Assembly: GCA_009602735.1 (NCBI GenBank)
Contig: WELA01002734.1
Span: forward strand, 1-64,000
Reading direction: 5' to 3'
Source of the DNA: Mesotaenium endlicherianum
Taxonomy: Eukaryota
DNA: 64,000 nt
Shown here: positions 48,910 to 60,343 of the stretch, piece after piece
Layout of the letters: the number at the start of each line of letters is the position of its first letter
How positions within the stretch are numbered: position 1 is the first letter of the stretch
Translations under genes and position numbers: made by a program
Notes under the pieces: model-generated
What the model was told of the DNA's origin: nothing
Seen by the model: only the letters and a program-made list of their open reading frames with translations
Database searches by the model: none

Positions 48910-51900
48910 TTATTTAGCAAGTTGTAAAACAGGTTTACCTTCCTGCAAGTTCTTACCGCGCAGTAATGCTTCCAGGTAATAATAATCTGCGTAGTTCAAA
49001 GGAACATCCACTTCACTGTTAGCCGGTTTGGCGCCGGTGCTGTGCAACAGAATGAAGCCTTTGTTTTCATTCGCGGGTGAAGTGTACTGGCTGCCTGCGA
49101 GGCTCTCCAGTATCTGATCTGCCGTTGCACGATATATCTTCGCATTCGTTTTGGTATAGGCGCTGAGTTCATACAATGCAGACGCTATCACTGCGGCGGC
49201 AGAAGCGTCTCTTGGTTCATTGGGAATACCCGGCGCATTGAAATCCCAGTAAGGCACTTTGTCTTGGGGAAGGTTGGGATGGTGTAAAATGAAAGCAGCG
49301 ATATGCTCTGCATGATCGAGGTAGGCTTTGTTTTTAGTTTCACGATAGCACATCGTGTAACCGTACAATCCCCATGCCTGTCCGCGTGCCCAGGCCGATT
49401 CATTGGCATATCCCTGGTGCGTGGTTTTCTTTACCACTTTGCCGGTGAGCGTGTCATAATCCACTACATGATATGAGCTGTAATCGGGTCTGAAATGATT
49501 TTTTATAGTGGTATTTGCATGTGCTACGGCAATACGATAGAGTGAAGTATCGCCTGATAGCTTAGCGCCTTCGAACAATAATTCCAGGTTCATCATGTTA
49601 TCGATGATCACCGGGAAGCCCCATTTATCGCGGCTGTGATCCCAGGAACGAAGCGTGCCAGTTGTTGCATTGAATCTTCTGGCCAACGTGCGGGCCGCCT
49701 GTACGATCACTTCTTTATAGTGCGCATCTTTGGTGATTCTGTAACCTGTACCAAAACTGCAATACACTTTAAAGCCCATATCGTGCGTAGTGCCGTTGGT
49801 CTTTTCTTTCTCTATGTTAGCAGTAAATTGTTTGGCAGCCTGCAACCATTCCCGTTTTCCTGTGTACGCATCCAGGAACCAAAGTACGCCGGGAAAGAAC
49901 CCGCTGGTCCAGTCGCGCGATGCTACCAGTTTCAGGTTACCATGTTCCAGTGTTCGCGGGGAAACCAGGTCGGGCTTGCCTGCACCGGCTTTGGCTATTT
50001 CTTGTATCATGAGCCTGCTTTGCGCTTCAGCGTTTGTAAATATTGCAGCCAGGTTTTGTGGTACCAACTGCACTTCCAGTAATCGCATCAGTTCACTTTT
50101 TCCCAATGCAAGCGGCGCAATGGTAAGCTGGTGATATCCTGCTGTAAGATCAGCGGTGCCCAATTCTATTTTTTGTATCACACTTCCTTTTTCAGTAGCC
50201 TGTACTTTGCCCTCATATTTGTTTTGATCCAATTGCAATTGATAAGCACCTGCTGTTTCCGGTGTGGCTACATATTTCACTACTATTTTAAACCGAGCAG
50301 GCTCTCCAAAATTGAAATGCCAGGCAATCTGTTGATTGGTTGACTTCCATCCATCTACATAATAACCGCTCGCCTTACCATCTCCAAAACCAAATCCTTT
50401 TCCTTTCAATATAGCATCAAAGGCCAGCAGCCTGGTAGCTGTATTGCTCGCTACAAAGCGAACCGAATCTGTCTTTGGCTTCTCTTTCAATGCAAGTACG
50501 ATCACTGTATTGCTGGTATCAGGCGCCTGGGGTGGCACCATGATAGTGGTCATGCGATTACCTGCAATTAATTTGAGTGACTGTTTAGCCGGATCGGTAA
50601 GCAGATAGGCTTTGTCAATTTTGTTTAATAAACCTCCAAGTTGCAACCTGCCATCAGATGGCCAGTTGAATACGTGCAGGTAAACAAGGTTGTTTTTTTG
50701 TGTTGTAACACCCCAGCTTTGTAAAGGCAAATCAGATGGAGCTGCATCGTATATGCTTGCTTTGTTTTTTGCGATCCAATCTCCAATGCCTTTTAATATT
50801 GTTACATCTTTCACATCCATTTCACCATCTCCCCTGGGTCCTATATTCATGAGCAGGTTACCCCCTCTCGATACCGCTTTGGCCAGCAACTGGATGAAGA
50901 AAGCAGCGGGCTTGTGACTATCGTCGTATTTGGAATAACCATAGCTTTCATTGGTAGTTGGGATGGCTTCCCAATCGCCTGTTACGGGATAGAATTCAGC
51001 GGGTCTGTCTGCCGTATTCTTATAGTCACCAAAATTCATATCACCTGATCTTGCCAGTCGCCCATTGACCACTACGTTAGGATCTGTTTCCCGGATGGCT
51101 TCCAGTATGCGTATGTTCTCCGACAATGGCAGTTTATGCGGCGTATCGAACCAAAGTATATCGGGATGATAATTGCGCAACAATTCTTTGATCTGAGGAA
51201 TGGCTTTTTCATTCACATATTTCACCGCTTTAGGCAATAGTTCAGGATGCACATCGAACCAGTTTGTTCCGCCGTATAAGTTCAGGTCGCCTCCGGGGTT
51301 CTTGTATTCCCAGTCGTTGCCCGGTGCATCGGGATGTTCCCAGTCGAACGCATGTGAATAATAAAATCCAAACTTCACTCCATATTTCTTACAGGCGGCT
51401 GACAACTCTTTCATGGGGTCGCGCTTGAAAGGCGTTTGTTGCATGATGTTGAAGTCAGATACTTTACTGTTGTACATCGCAAAACCGTCGTGGTGTTTGG
51501 AAGTAATGATGAGGTAATTCATGCCCGCTTCCCTGGCATTGCGTACCCATGTATCGGCATTGAACAGAATGGGATTGAAATGATGTGCCAGCTCGAGGTA
51601 TTCAGCGCGGCTGATCTTTTCTTTGCGCATGAGGTGCTCTGCATACCCGCTTACTTTTTGTCCCTTCCATTCACCACCAGCTTGCGAATACACACCCCAG
51701 TGTATGAACATACCGAATTTCGCTTTGTGCCACCAGTCGATCCGCTGGTCGTGGGTCTTCATCGATTGCGCCCACCATCCTTTGACTGCTTTGTCTATCG
51801 CCTGTTGATCGCGTGCTTTGGCGTTGTTGAACATGTCTTTGTCTTCATCGCCTTTGTTGTTTTGTGCAAATACTATGTTAACAGCCAACAAAGCGGTCGC

Positions 51901-51936
51901 AAGCAGCGCAGATTGAATGTATATCGTTGTTTTCAT
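48910..51936 (-). CDS. GH29 alpha-L-fucosidase / beta-sandwich / GH88 unsaturated glucuronyl hydrolase fusion
   Basis: N-terminal FGMFIHWG, SKHHDGF, LWFD, GGNLLMNIGP; C-terminal WTSGFFPG, THDMGF, IIDNMMNLELL, SAWARGQAW, DASAAA, YADYYYLEAL. Confidence 0.9.
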   Translation of the reverse strand: MKTTIYIQSALLATALLAVNIVFAQNNKGDEDKDMFNNAKARDQQAIDKAVKGWWAQSMKTHDQRIDWWHKAKFGMFIHWGVYSQAGGEWKGQKVSGYAEHLMRKEKISRAEYLELAHHFNPILFNADTWVRNAREAGMNYLIITSKHHDGFAMYNSKVSDFNIMQQTPFKRDPMKELSAACKKYGVKFGFYYSHAFDWEHPDAPGNDWEYKNPGGDLNLYGGTNWFDVHPELLPKAVKYVNEKAIPQIKELLRNYHPDILWFDTPHKLPLSENIRILEAIRETDPNVVVNGRLARSGDMNFGDYKNTADRPAEFYPVTGDWEAIPTTNESYGYSKYDDSHKPAAFFIQLLAKAVSRGGNLLMNIGPRGDGEMDVKDVTILKGIGDWIAKNKASIYDAAPSDLPLQSWGVTTQKNNLVYLHVFNWPSDGRLQLGGLLNKIDKAYLLTDPAKQSLKLIAGNRMTTIMVPPQAPDTSNTVIVLALKEKPKTDSVRFVASNTATRLLAFDAILKGKGFGFGDGKASGYYVDGWKSTNQQIAWHFNFGEPARFKIVVKYVATPETAGAYQLQLDQNKYEGKVQATEKGSVIQKIELGTADLTAGYHQLTIAPLALGKSELMRLLEVQLVPQNLAAIFTNAEAQSRLMIQEIAKAGAGKPDLVSPRTLEHGNLKLVASRDWTSGFFPGVLWFLDAYTGKREWLQAAKQFTANIEKEKTNGTTHDMGFKVYCSFGTGYRITKDAHYKEVIVQAARTLARRFNATTGTLRSWDHSRDKWGFPVIIDNMMNLELLFEGAKLSGDTSLYRIAVAHANTTIKNHFRPDYSSYHVVDYDTLTGKVVKKTTHQGYANESAWARGQAWGLYGYTMCYRETKNKAYLDHAEHIAAFILHHPNLPQDKVPYWDFNAPGIPNEPRDASAAAVIASALYELSAYTKTNAKIYRATADQILESLAGSQYTSPANENKGFILLHSTGAKPANSEVDVPLNYADYYYLEALLRGKNLQEGKPVLQLAK

Positions 51937-51943
51937 GTGTTGA

Positions 51944-53119
51944 TTAGTTGATCCAGATCAATGGATTTCGCACAGGCAGGTTGCGTATGATCTCTTCGTC
52001 TGCAGGTGCATGGTTCAATCGTTTCCAGGTATCCAGCCATTCTTGCTGGTGATACGCAGATGCGCTCATGAACAGAAAGGTTTGCGCTACCGGCCATGCT
52101 TCCCAATGCATCACATCGTGCCGGAAAGGCCATTTGTTTTTATCGGCTACAAAAGGATATAAATAAGCAATCCCTTTTTTGATGGAACGTCCGTCCGGCG
52201 TCTGGTAATTCCAGAGATCGTCTGCTTTGGTTGAAAGCAACTGGCAGAGGGTGGTCATGGCATCCAGGTTGAAAATGGAATAGCCATAAGGTTTCGTCCT
52301 TTTGATCTCCCTCGGAAAACTACCGTCTGCCGCCATCTGGTTGGGCAGCAGCACCTGCTTGTAACGATCCCTGCAAAACTGCAGGATCTTTTCATTGCGG
52401 GTGAATTTTGCAAAAGCCGCTACCTGCATGGCCCAGCAAGTACCATGATTGTTCTCTGCATTCATTTCATCTTTGCCATATTGATGCGTAGTGAGCCATT
52501 GCAGGTATTGTTCAAACCATTGTTTGATCGATTGCAATGCTTCCTGGTCCATACCATTCGCCTGTTCCATTACCATCAAACCCTGCACTACATCCAGTAA
52601 TTGTATGGTATCGATGATGCCGATACCGCGGCCGGTAAAACGTCCTTTGATCGCCTGCGCGTACAACAGGTTGGGGTTCATTTTTGTATCGGCATTCACA
52701 AACCAGGCAATACAATGCTTCATGGCTTGTTGCACATAGCGCTTATCGCCTGTTAATTTATACGCCGAAGCAAGGGCCCCCACGATCTTGCTGAACCGGA
52801 TCATTGCATGACGATGGGCTACAAAATTATCGGGGTTGGTCATGCCGTCTTTCTGAATATACGGACTATCCACACTCACCGGATTGGGCCACCAGTAATC
52901 GCCTTCCGAATAAAAATCATGCTTTCCTCCTGCACTTCGTGGCGAAGCAGCAGCCGTTACCGTAACCGGTTCCTGTTGCATAGCCCAGGCTGCTTCCTGC
53001 ATAATCTGTTTGCGTAATACAGCGGCTATTTGATTTTCAAAGCCCGGCTTCTTTTGAACAGGCATGCCTGCAAAACACAACACAGTAACAATGCACAAGC
53101 AAATGCTGGTTCTTTTCAT
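51944..53119 (-). CDS. Polysaccharide lyase, alginate-lyase fold (PL38-like)
   Basis: HDFYSEGDYWWP, MNPNLLYAQ, GIGIID, NNHGT, RTKPYGYSIFNL. Confidence 0.82.
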   Translation of the reverse strand: MKRTSICLCIVTVLCFAGMPVQKKPGFENQIAAVLRKQIMQEAAWAMQQEPVTVTAAASPRSAGGKHDFYSEGDYWWPNPVSVDSPYIQKDGMTNPDNFVAHRHAMIRFSKIVGALASAYKLTGDKRYVQQAMKHCIAWFVNADTKMNPNLLYAQAIKGRFTGRGIGIIDTIQLLDVVQGLMVMEQANGMDQEALQSIKQWFEQYLQWLTTHQYGKDEMNAENNHGTCWAMQVAAFAKFTRNEKILQFCRDRYKQVLLPNQMAADGSFPREIKRTKPYGYSIFNLDAMTTLCQLLSTKADDLWNYQTPDGRSIKKGIAYLYPFVADKNKWPFRHDVMHWEAWPVAQTFLFMSASAYHQQEWLDTWKRLNHAPADEEIIRNLPVRNPLIWIN

Positions 53120-53120
53120 A

Positions 53121-55262
53121 TTATTTGGTCATATAGGTCCAGGTAATATTGCCTACTGTGTTCGGCTTACCGTTCACCGGTGCTGAGATGGTTCCTTTGA
53201 ATTGCCCCTTTGTTCCTTCTACTTTGATCTCACGGAAACTATATTCGCCTTTTTCATAGTTGAAAGTTTCTCCATCATCATCGTACAATAAAAAGCTGCC
53301 TGGCTTTTCTCCGTAATGGCGTATTTCCAGGTCTACTTTCTCACCCGCTTTAGGTGCGTGCATGCGTGCAGGCATCAGGGGTATGATGCCACCATCTTTC
53401 ACATACACTGGTATCTTATCCAATCCTGGTTCTACGGTGATCACAGTACCATCTCCTGCAAATGCGCCGGTATAAAAATCATACCATCGTCCTTTGGGCA
53501 ATACTACTTTCCGGCTCTTTTGCCCTGTGAACAAAGGAGCTACCAACAGGTTTTCACCGGCCATGTATTGGTCTTTGATTTCTTTTGAAACGGCTTCTGC
53601 GTAAGGATTCTCTTCCAGGTTGGCATTGGCTGCTTCTTTTTTCGTTGTCTGTTTGAACCCATCTTCCAATCCCATTCCGTAAAAAGGCGGCGTTCCTGCA
53701 AAATGATATTGCGCAAAGACCGAATACCAGTAAGGCATCATGCGCATGCGCAGCAATGCATATTCTTTTATCTGCGATGCCACTTCAGTGTACGACCAGG
53801 GCTTGGTACCGCTGGACCATGCGTTGATCATGGCCATTGGCGAGAATACAACCGTTTGGAAACGGCGCAACCATTCTTCTGCTGTTTTAGAAGCGCGTGC
53901 CTCGGGCGTCCACAATACACCGGCCGTTCCGCTATTGATCAATGCCGTGATAAAATCTTCGTGGTTATAATAATCGTTGTAGATCACATAGGGAAAAGAA
54001 ACAGCGCCTGCGTTGGAAGCGCGCACCAATCCATAAGTACGCTGATTTTTCTGATGGAACATTTCAGCGCTGTATCGCATAGCCAACACACCAAAGGTCT
54101 GCCGCATCTGCTCTGCACTGGTACCGGAAGGAAATGTGGCTACATCGGGCCAGAGATAATAATCGTATCCGTCCACTTCATCAATTTTATATCCGCTGAC
54201 GCCGATAGCTACCTGGTCTTTTTTCAGTTGCCCGAAAAAAGCATTCCTTGCCTGCGGCATGTTGAAATCGGGCACTTCACCTGTCCACACCGTATGCGAA
54301 CCGGTATATGGTTTAATGGCCTGGTAAAAAGGCGCATCGGCAGCAACATAGGGATTGATCCACAAGTTCAACCGGATGCCCTTGCTGAGCATCTGCTGCA
54401 CAAAGGTTTTAGGCGCAGGATATCTTTGAGGGTCCCATGCAAAAGTGCCGGGATAGGCTTTGCTTTGCCAGCCTGGTTCCAGCCCGATAAAATCGAGCGG
54501 GAATCCTTTCTCTGCAAAAGCATCTGCCTCTTTTGCTACTTCTTCTGCGGTATACAATGATTTCACGCGTTGTGTGAACCCGAGCCCCCAACGCGGCGGC
54601 AATACTCCGCCGCCGTTGAACAGGTTGAACCTTCGCACTGCATCCATGGGTGTGGGGCCTGCAAATACATAAACTTCCACACCGGCTACAGGCACCTGCA
54701 TTTCCACTGCCTCGGAATAAGGTCTGGCGCTCCAGCTCTTGTCTGTGTTGCGGTCTTTTGATACCGGTGGATGCTTGCTGTCTTTCCGCACAGCGCTTCC
54801 CGCATATACTTTGATATAACGTGCCGCATTTACAAACACGCCATAACCTTTTGATGAAACATAAAAAGGCGTGGGTGCATGTGTACGGCCATTGTCTTTA
54901 CCACCATAGTGGTCTACATGCAATTCAAGTATTTTTCCGCGCTGGTGAACTGTTTGAAAGTTCAACCCAAAACCATACAATTGCTCTTCTTTATCGAGCG
55001 GAAAACGAAGTGCAGTTTTCCCATCCGTTACCATTCCTGCAATGTCGCCATTGGAGAACGGGAAAGATACTTTGGACATCTTACCCAATGCATTGGTATT
55101 GGGTTGTGCACCGGCAGCTTTCAGGAGATCATAGGCTTCCGGTTTGCCTACCACTCCCTTCCATACACCCGGCGCTACTTCTTTCCAGGCAATGGTTTGC
55201 GCACGGGCAACCATGCAGACCAGCATACAAAATGCGATGGACCAACTTTTTTTATTCATCAT
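53121..55262 (-). CDS. Glycoside hydrolase family 31 (possibly an alpha-galactosidase type)
   Basis: YGFG, PFYVSSKGYGVF, LPPRWGLGF, GYKIDEVD nucleophile region, DQYMAG...LLVAP, LYDDDGETF. Confidence 0.85.
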   Translation of the reverse strand: MMNKKSWSIAFCMLVCMVARAQTIAWKEVAPGVWKGVVGKPEAYDLLKAAGAQPNTNALGKMSKVSFPFSNGDIAGMVTDGKTALRFPLDKEEQLYGFGLNFQTVHQRGKILELHVDHYGGKDNGRTHAPTPFYVSSKGYGVFVNAARYIKVYAGSAVRKDSKHPPVSKDRNTDKSWSARPYSEAVEMQVPVAGVEVYVFAGPTPMDAVRRFNLFNGGGVLPPRWGLGFTQRVKSLYTAEEVAKEADAFAEKGFPLDFIGLEPGWQSKAYPGTFAWDPQRYPAPKTFVQQMLSKGIRLNLWINPYVAADAPFYQAIKPYTGSHTVWTGEVPDFNMPQARNAFFGQLKKDQVAIGVSGYKIDEVDGYDYYLWPDVATFPSGTSAEQMRQTFGVLAMRYSAEMFHQKNQRTYGLVRASNAGAVSFPYVIYNDYYNHEDFITALINSGTAGVLWTPEARASKTAEEWLRRFQTVVFSPMAMINAWSSGTKPWSYTEVASQIKEYALLRMRMMPYWYSVFAQYHFAGTPPFYGMGLEDGFKQTTKKEAANANLEENPYAEAVSKEIKDQYMAGENLLVAPLFTGQKSRKVVLPKGRWYDFYTGAFAGDGTVITVEPGLDKIPVYVKDGGIIPLMPARMHAPKAGEKVDLEIRHYGEKPGSFLLYDDDGETFNYEKGEYSFREIKVEGTKGQFKGTISAPVNGKPNTVGNITWTYMTK

Positions 55263-55284
55263 ATAAATGCATTCAAACAATGAC

Positions 55285-57867
55285 TTACAATGGTAGTATC
55301 GTATAGGTTTTTCCTTTCTCTGTAGCGAAATCAATAACGTATCCTTCTGTACGATCCAGTTCCTGCAATGTTGCATGCGTAACATTTTCGAAAGGAGGCA
55401 TTCCATACACCGTATTCAGCCCGTTCCTGTTCTCTCCTTTTGCAGATTGACTTTTTGTTTCTACGATCTTCACCGGCTGCCATGTGCGTATCCTGCAATT
55501 GCCGCCTATGCCTGATAGAATTTTCCCTTTCACCAGTTTACCTTCTTTCCATTCCATGCTCACCGTGAAATTACCTCTGGCTTTGATGCCGCTTACCGAA
55601 CCGTCTTTCCAGGCTTTGGGTAATGCAGGCAATAAAGCAATATAACCGGCATGGCTCTGCAAGAGCATTTCAGTGATGCCGGCCGTTGCACCAAAATTTC
55701 CATCGATCTGGAAAGGCGGGTGTGCATCGAAAAGATTCGGGTAAGTGCCGCCTCCTCCCATGGTTTCGCGTGGTTCTCCCGGATTGATATAATTAAACGC
55801 TGCACTTAATATTTTGTAAGCATGTTCCCCATCCTGAAGCCTCGCCCACCAGTTGATCTTCCAGGCCATAGACCAGCCGGTACTCACATCGCCGCGATGG
55901 ATAAGCGATTGTTTGGCAGCAGCAGCCAACGCTGGCGTATGATTCACTGTGATCTGGCTGCCCGGATAGAGTCCGAATAAGTGAGAGATATGCCTGTGCT
56001 TGTCTTTCGGATCATCCCAATCTTTGAACCATTCCTGTATTTGTCCGTATTGTCCGATATGATAAGGATATAATTGCGCCTTTGCTTTCACCAGCTCATC
56101 ATGAAATGCTGCATCTGTTTTCAACTCCTCAGTTGTTTTGATCAGTGCGGTAAACAATTCGCGGATGATGGACATATCCATGGTAGATGCCATGGCCATA
56201 TCGTATTCCTTGCCATTGATCTTAATGCTGTTTTCCGGTGAGGTAGACGGATTGGTAACGAGGTAGCCTGACTGTTTATCTTTTACGAGCCAGTGCAGCA
56301 TGAATTGCGCAGCGCCTTTCATAAGCGGATATGCCTGCTCACGCAAAAACTGTTTGTTGCCCGTGAACAAATAGTGCTCCCATAAATGGGTGCTGAACCA
56401 TGCTCCCGCCATGGGCCATGCCGACCAGCGAGGTGATCCTTTGGGATCCTGGTCGTATCCGCCGGGTGGCGATGTTTTGGCCCAGATATCTGAGTTGTGG
56501 TGCACTACCCATCCTTCATTGATATTGTAATTCACTTTGGCTGTAACAGCTCCGTTCACTGCCAACTCTTTCATGAAATCAAATAATGGCTGGTGGCATT
56601 CTGAAAGATTGGTATTTTCTGCCGGCCAGTAATTCATTTCGGTGTTGATATTGGTGGTATAGTTACTTCCCCATGGCGGCTGCACATGATCATTCCAGAT
56701 ACCCTGCAGGTTGGTAGGCCTTGAGCCGGGCCTGGAAGAAGCGATCATCAGGTAACGGCCAAACTGGTAATACAAGACTTGTAAAGCATTATCGTGCTGT
56801 GTTTTGCCAAAACGCTTCAGTCTTTCATCAGTAGGCAATTTGTCCGCTTCGGTGTTTTCACCGAGGTTTAACTTCACCCTGTTGAACAACGACTGATAAT
56901 CGGCAATGTGTTTAGCACGGAGCGATTGAAAGCTTTGCTGTACAGCACGCTGCAGGTTGGCTTTGGCTTCTATGGAAGGATCTTTTCCTTCGAGCCCCGG
57001 TGATTTGTTGAAACCGTTGAAGCTGGTTGCTTCAGATAAATAGATCACTACTTCATCTGCATTACGCACATTCAGCGCACCTGCATGTTGCTTGACCGTT
57101 CCATTGACGGCAACCAGTTTTACATGCACCTCAAAATTCATTCCCTCTCCATTCGCGTTCTCATCGTATACTACCTGGTGTGGGTCGTATTCGCGGTTGG
57201 CTACATACTTGGGCGCTTTGCCTTTCAATACAAGGTAATTATCGCTCACTGCATTGACATGATACTTCAATTTACTGGTTAGTGTTGTTTGGATATTGAT
57301 GGATGCTTTTTTATTGGCTGTGATCCTTACCATCATGATCTTAGCGGGATGGCTGATGAATGTTTCCCTTGTGTAGGTAATATTGCCTACCGTGTATTTT
57401 ACCAGTGAAGTAGCATTTTGCAAATCCAGGCTGCGATAATAATAACTGGGGATGGTGTCCTTCATAGCTGATTTCACCCACAAATCGGCCAGCGGCAGGT
57501 ATCGCGCAGAATAAGGACCTTGCATTTTTCTCCACAGTGCGCGTGCACTGTCGTAGTTGCCTTGTTCTACCTGCGCCCTTACTTGTGGTAATATTACCGG
57601 TCCGTTAGGATTATTACCAGGATTGGGAGCAGCCGACCACAGCGTGTTATCATTCAGTTGATAACGTTCTGTAGTCACGCCACCGAAAACCATTGCACCG
57701 GTTTTAGCATTGCCAAGCGGCAATGCTTCTTCCCAAATACCTGCTGGTTTCGTATACCAGAGCGTTAGCGGTGATGTTCCTTTAACAGGTGCCGGCTTCA
57801 CCTGTGCCTGTATCGAGCCCATACACAGAATGCTGAGCGCTCCCAATATTTTTTTCATCGTATCCAT
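55285..57867 (-). CDS. Alpha-L-fucosidase-type glycoside hydrolase, GH95
   Basis: [49 protein letters not shown]. Confidence 0.94.
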   Translation of the reverse strand: MDTMKKILGALSILCMGSIQAQVKPAPVKGTSPLTLWYTKPAGIWEEALPLGNAKTGAMVFGGVTTERYQLNDNTLWSAAPNPGNNPNGPVILPQVRAQVEQGNYDSARALWRKMQGPYSARYLPLADLWVKSAMKDTIPSYYYRSLDLQNATSLVKYTVGNITYTRETFISHPAKIMMVRITANKKASINIQTTLTSKLKYHVNAVSDNYLVLKGKAPKYVANREYDPHQVVYDENANGEGMNFEVHVKLVAVNGTVKQHAGALNVRNADEVVIYLSEATSFNGFNKSPGLEGKDPSIEAKANLQRAVQQSFQSLRAKHIADYQSLFNRVKLNLGENTEADKLPTDERLKRFGKTQHDNALQVLYYQFGRYLMIASSRPGSRPTNLQGIWNDHVQPPWGSNYTTNINTEMNYWPAENTNLSECHQPLFDFMKELAVNGAVTAKVNYNINEGWVVHHNSDIWAKTSPPGGYDQDPKGSPRWSAWPMAGAWFSTHLWEHYLFTGNKQFLREQAYPLMKGAAQFMLHWLVKDKQSGYLVTNPSTSPENSIKINGKEYDMAMASTMDMSIIRELFTALIKTTEELKTDAAFHDELVKAKAQLYPYHIGQYGQIQEWFKDWDDPKDKHRHISHLFGLYPGSQITVNHTPALAAAAKQSLIHRGDVSTGWSMAWKINWWARLQDGEHAYKILSAAFNYINPGEPRETMGGGGTYPNLFDAHPPFQIDGNFGATAGITEMLLQSHAGYIALLPALPKAWKDGSVSGIKARGNFTVSMEWKEGKLVKGKILSGIGGNCRIRTWQPVKIVETKSQSAKGENRNGLNTVYGMPPFENVTHATLQELDRTEGYVIDFATEKGKTYTILPL

Positions 57868-57906
57868 TCTTATAAGAATGATCTGTTTGGTATAAGAAAT
57901 TGAGTA

Positions 57907-57942
57907 ATGATTGTTGCAACAAAGCTATGCTTCAACAATCAT
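57907..57942. other. Intergenic 10-bp perfect inverted repeat inside the PUL operon
   Basis: ATGATTGTTG...CAACAATCAT. Confidence 0.55.
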
Positions 57943-57948
57943 GATATA

Positions 57949-58746
57949 TTATTTCGAAGGATACAAAGCTGCCCCGTACACATGCACAACACCATTGGTT
58001 GCTATATACCCCATAGAGCGGTCATTGGTACGATCATTGAACACAATCGGAGCAATATCGGCATTATTCTGGATACGCAGGTAAAACTTGCCATCCTGGT
58101 CAAAGCCCTTGCCGCCGTTTGGATTGAACGCAGAAACACTGGGATCCCAATAGCCCAAGAGGGACTCCTTGGTTGCTACTGTACCGGCAGGGAGGGTTGA
58201 CTGCAAGGCTTTGTTTTCTGCATTCAGGTCGTAATAATTGTACACTTGCTGACCGATCAGGTATTTGAAAAAGTTCCTGACTGTTTCTTTCGAATAATCT
58301 TCCCAACGGGTTGCAGGACGTGTCTGCGGCAATCCCGTAGTAGGATTCATGACCGGGTTGCCATTGGCATCCGGTACAATGATCTGGAAAACAAAGAACA
58401 ATCCCTTATCCATCACCCCCGAACTGTTGAACCCCCGAACTGCGTCGTTGTGCAGAAAGATAAAAGTTCTTCCCGGTCTCTCATATTCTGAAAGATCAAA
58501 TCCACAATAATCGAGTCCTTTTTTCATCCACCGGAATACGGTATCCGTTGGTGCATCGGGTGTTCCATCTGCTCTTTTCAGCAGAAAGTCCTTCGCCGTC
58601 ATGTTGATATTCGGATCGAGTGTCTTCTTTTTATAATCGTAATTCTCCTGTAAGTTGAGACCCAGCATTTTTTTACATCCGGGTAAAAAAGTGGTCGTAA
58701 CTGCAAGCAGCAGGAGACTGTTGATTGTTATTTTAAGTGCTTTCAT
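57949..58746 (-). CDS. PUL surface lipoprotein with a fasciclin (FAS1)-like domain
   Basis: LPG/C lipobox; TFIFLHNDA and ATNGVVHV; directly downstream of susD. Confidence 0.72.
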   Translation of the reverse strand: MKALKITINSLLLLAVTTTFLPGCKKMLGLNLQENYDYKKKTLDPNINMTAKDFLLKRADGTPDAPTDTVFRWMKKGLDYCGFDLSEYERPGRTFIFLHNDAVRGFNSSGVMDKGLFFVFQIIVPDANGNPVMNPTTGLPQTRPATRWEDYSKETVRNFFKYLIGQQVYNYYDLNAENKALQSTLPAGTVATKESLLGYWDPSVSAFNPNGGKGFDQDGKFYLRIQNNADIAPIVFNDRTNDRSMGYIATNGVVHVYGAALYPSK

Positions 58747-58758
58747 AGTTGCTGTTTT

Positions 58759-60333
58759 TTATCCTCCATAACCTGGGTTCTGAACTAATTTTTTATTGGC
58801 ATTCAAGACGCTCCGATTGATCGGCCACAAAATGCGCCGGGGATCGCTGAAGCCGATCGCTTCCGCCGCCGGTGTTCCCGCTGAAACCTGTCTTCTCCTC
58901 AATATCGGATCCATGATCTTTACCACATTACCGGTACGAACCAGGTCGAACCATCTTTTACCTTCGCCAACCAATTCCCATTGGCGTTCCTGCAAAATTG
59001 CATCGGCCATAGCCGCCTGGTTAGCTACAGGTGCGCTGCCGGCTGTATAAGCTGGTAGTCCTGCTCTTACGTGTACATAGTTCAGGTACTTCAACGCGTT
59101 ATTGAGATCGCCTGTTGCATTCAATGCTTCTGCATACAACAAGTATAAATCGGCCAGCCTGTACATGGGCAGGTAAACGGGCAGTTCTTTGTAATAGTAA
59201 AGTGCCAACTCTGCAGCGGTAGATGCTTTGGTAGGATTAACCGGTGAAGCATACCATTTGATGAACCTGTCGCGATTGGATTTTGTAGCATCACTGCTGG
59301 CAGAATACGGATCGATGGTCTGCTTGGGTCTGATATCGGCAGTAGCTGGTGAAGCAACAGTTTGAGGTATTACCCAACTGTTGTATAATCCAATATCCAT
59401 AACGATCGGCTTGTTATTGGCAGTCCATGATGTTGTCATGCATGCGCAATCGTTCTTCAGAAAATCCCAGTGGATGCTCCATATCGATTCTATACTTGTA
59501 TTAGGTGCAGTAAACATGCTTTTCCAACTGGCTTGCGGCTGCAGGTTGGCGCCGCTGGTGCCGGTATAAACAGCGCCGGTGGGACCTTTCGCTTTGAACA
59601 GGTTATTGATCCATACGATGGCGTTGGCATAGTCTTTCTTCCACATATACACATCGGCCATGATAGCGCATATCGCACCTTCGCCGAGTGTCCACACAGA
59701 AGGCGTTTGATTTTTAGTAACCAATGCATACGCCTGCGTAAGATCGGGTAGGATCACCTGGTCAATGATCTTACTGGCCGGGTCACGGGGTTTTTCCAAT
59801 GTGTCCGTCAGGTCTTCCAATGGTTTTGTCCGGATCGGTGCATCGCCCCATACCCTTACGATATAGAAATAAGCCATCGCACGCATGGCATAACACTCAG
59901 ACAATGCTTTATTGATCACGTCCTTTGTTACCTTACTATCTGTAAGTGCCGCGCCGGGGATGTACTTGATATTGGTATTGGCTCTTCCGATCACTGTATA
60001 CAAACCGGACCAGTCAGAAAAATCGTTATCGGTTGTCAGCGCATTCATGGCTACTTCCGTAGTGTTGATGCTGGTATAGCTCAAAAAACGGTCGAAGTTA
60101 TCAGAGCGGTAATCGCCCCAGAATAAAACCCTTTCCTTATACTGTGCTTCTCCTATCATCTGTTGCTGGAAACCGGAGTACATGCCGGCCATCGCTGCAT
60201 CGACATCGTATTTCGATTTGAAGAACCGGCTCTGCGACACCTGTGACTGCGGTGTGAGGTCAAGGAATTTTTTACAACTGCTGAATGCAGCAACCATACT
60301 GCATGCAGCCAATATATATTTCAATCTTTTCAT
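58759..60333 (-). CDS. susD: SusD/RagB glycan-binding lipoprotein
   Basis: FSS/CKKFLD, RAMAYFYIVRVWGDAP, RLADLYLLYAEA, ERQWELVGEGKRWFDL, QNPGY. Confidence 0.95.
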   Translation of the reverse strand: MKRLKYILAACSMVAAFSSCKKFLDLTPQSQVSQSRFFKSKYDVDAAMAGMYSGFQQQMIGEAQYKERVLFWGDYRSDNFDRFLSYTSINTTEVAMNALTTDNDFSDWSGLYTVIGRANTNIKYIPGAALTDSKVTKDVINKALSECYAMRAMAYFYIVRVWGDAPIRTKPLEDLTDTLEKPRDPASKIIDQVILPDLTQAYALVTKNQTPSVWTLGEGAICAIMADVYMWKKDYANAIVWINNLFKAKGPTGAVYTGTSGANLQPQASWKSMFTAPNTSIESIWSIHWDFLKNDCACMTTSWTANNKPIVMDIGLYNSWVIPQTVASPATADIRPKQTIDPYSASSDATKSNRDRFIKWYASPVNPTKASTAAELALYYYKELPVYLPMYRLADLYLLYAEALNATGDLNNALKYLNYVHVRAGLPAYTAGSAPVANQAAMADAILQERQWELVGEGKRWFDLVRTGNVVKIMDPILRRRQVSAGTPAAEAIGFSDPRRILWPINRSVLNANKKLVQNPGYGG

Positions 60334-60343
60334 TGTTATCGTT

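Noticed and set aside
53703..54560. 285-aa + strand ORF
   Set aside because: Antisense shadow of the GH31 gene
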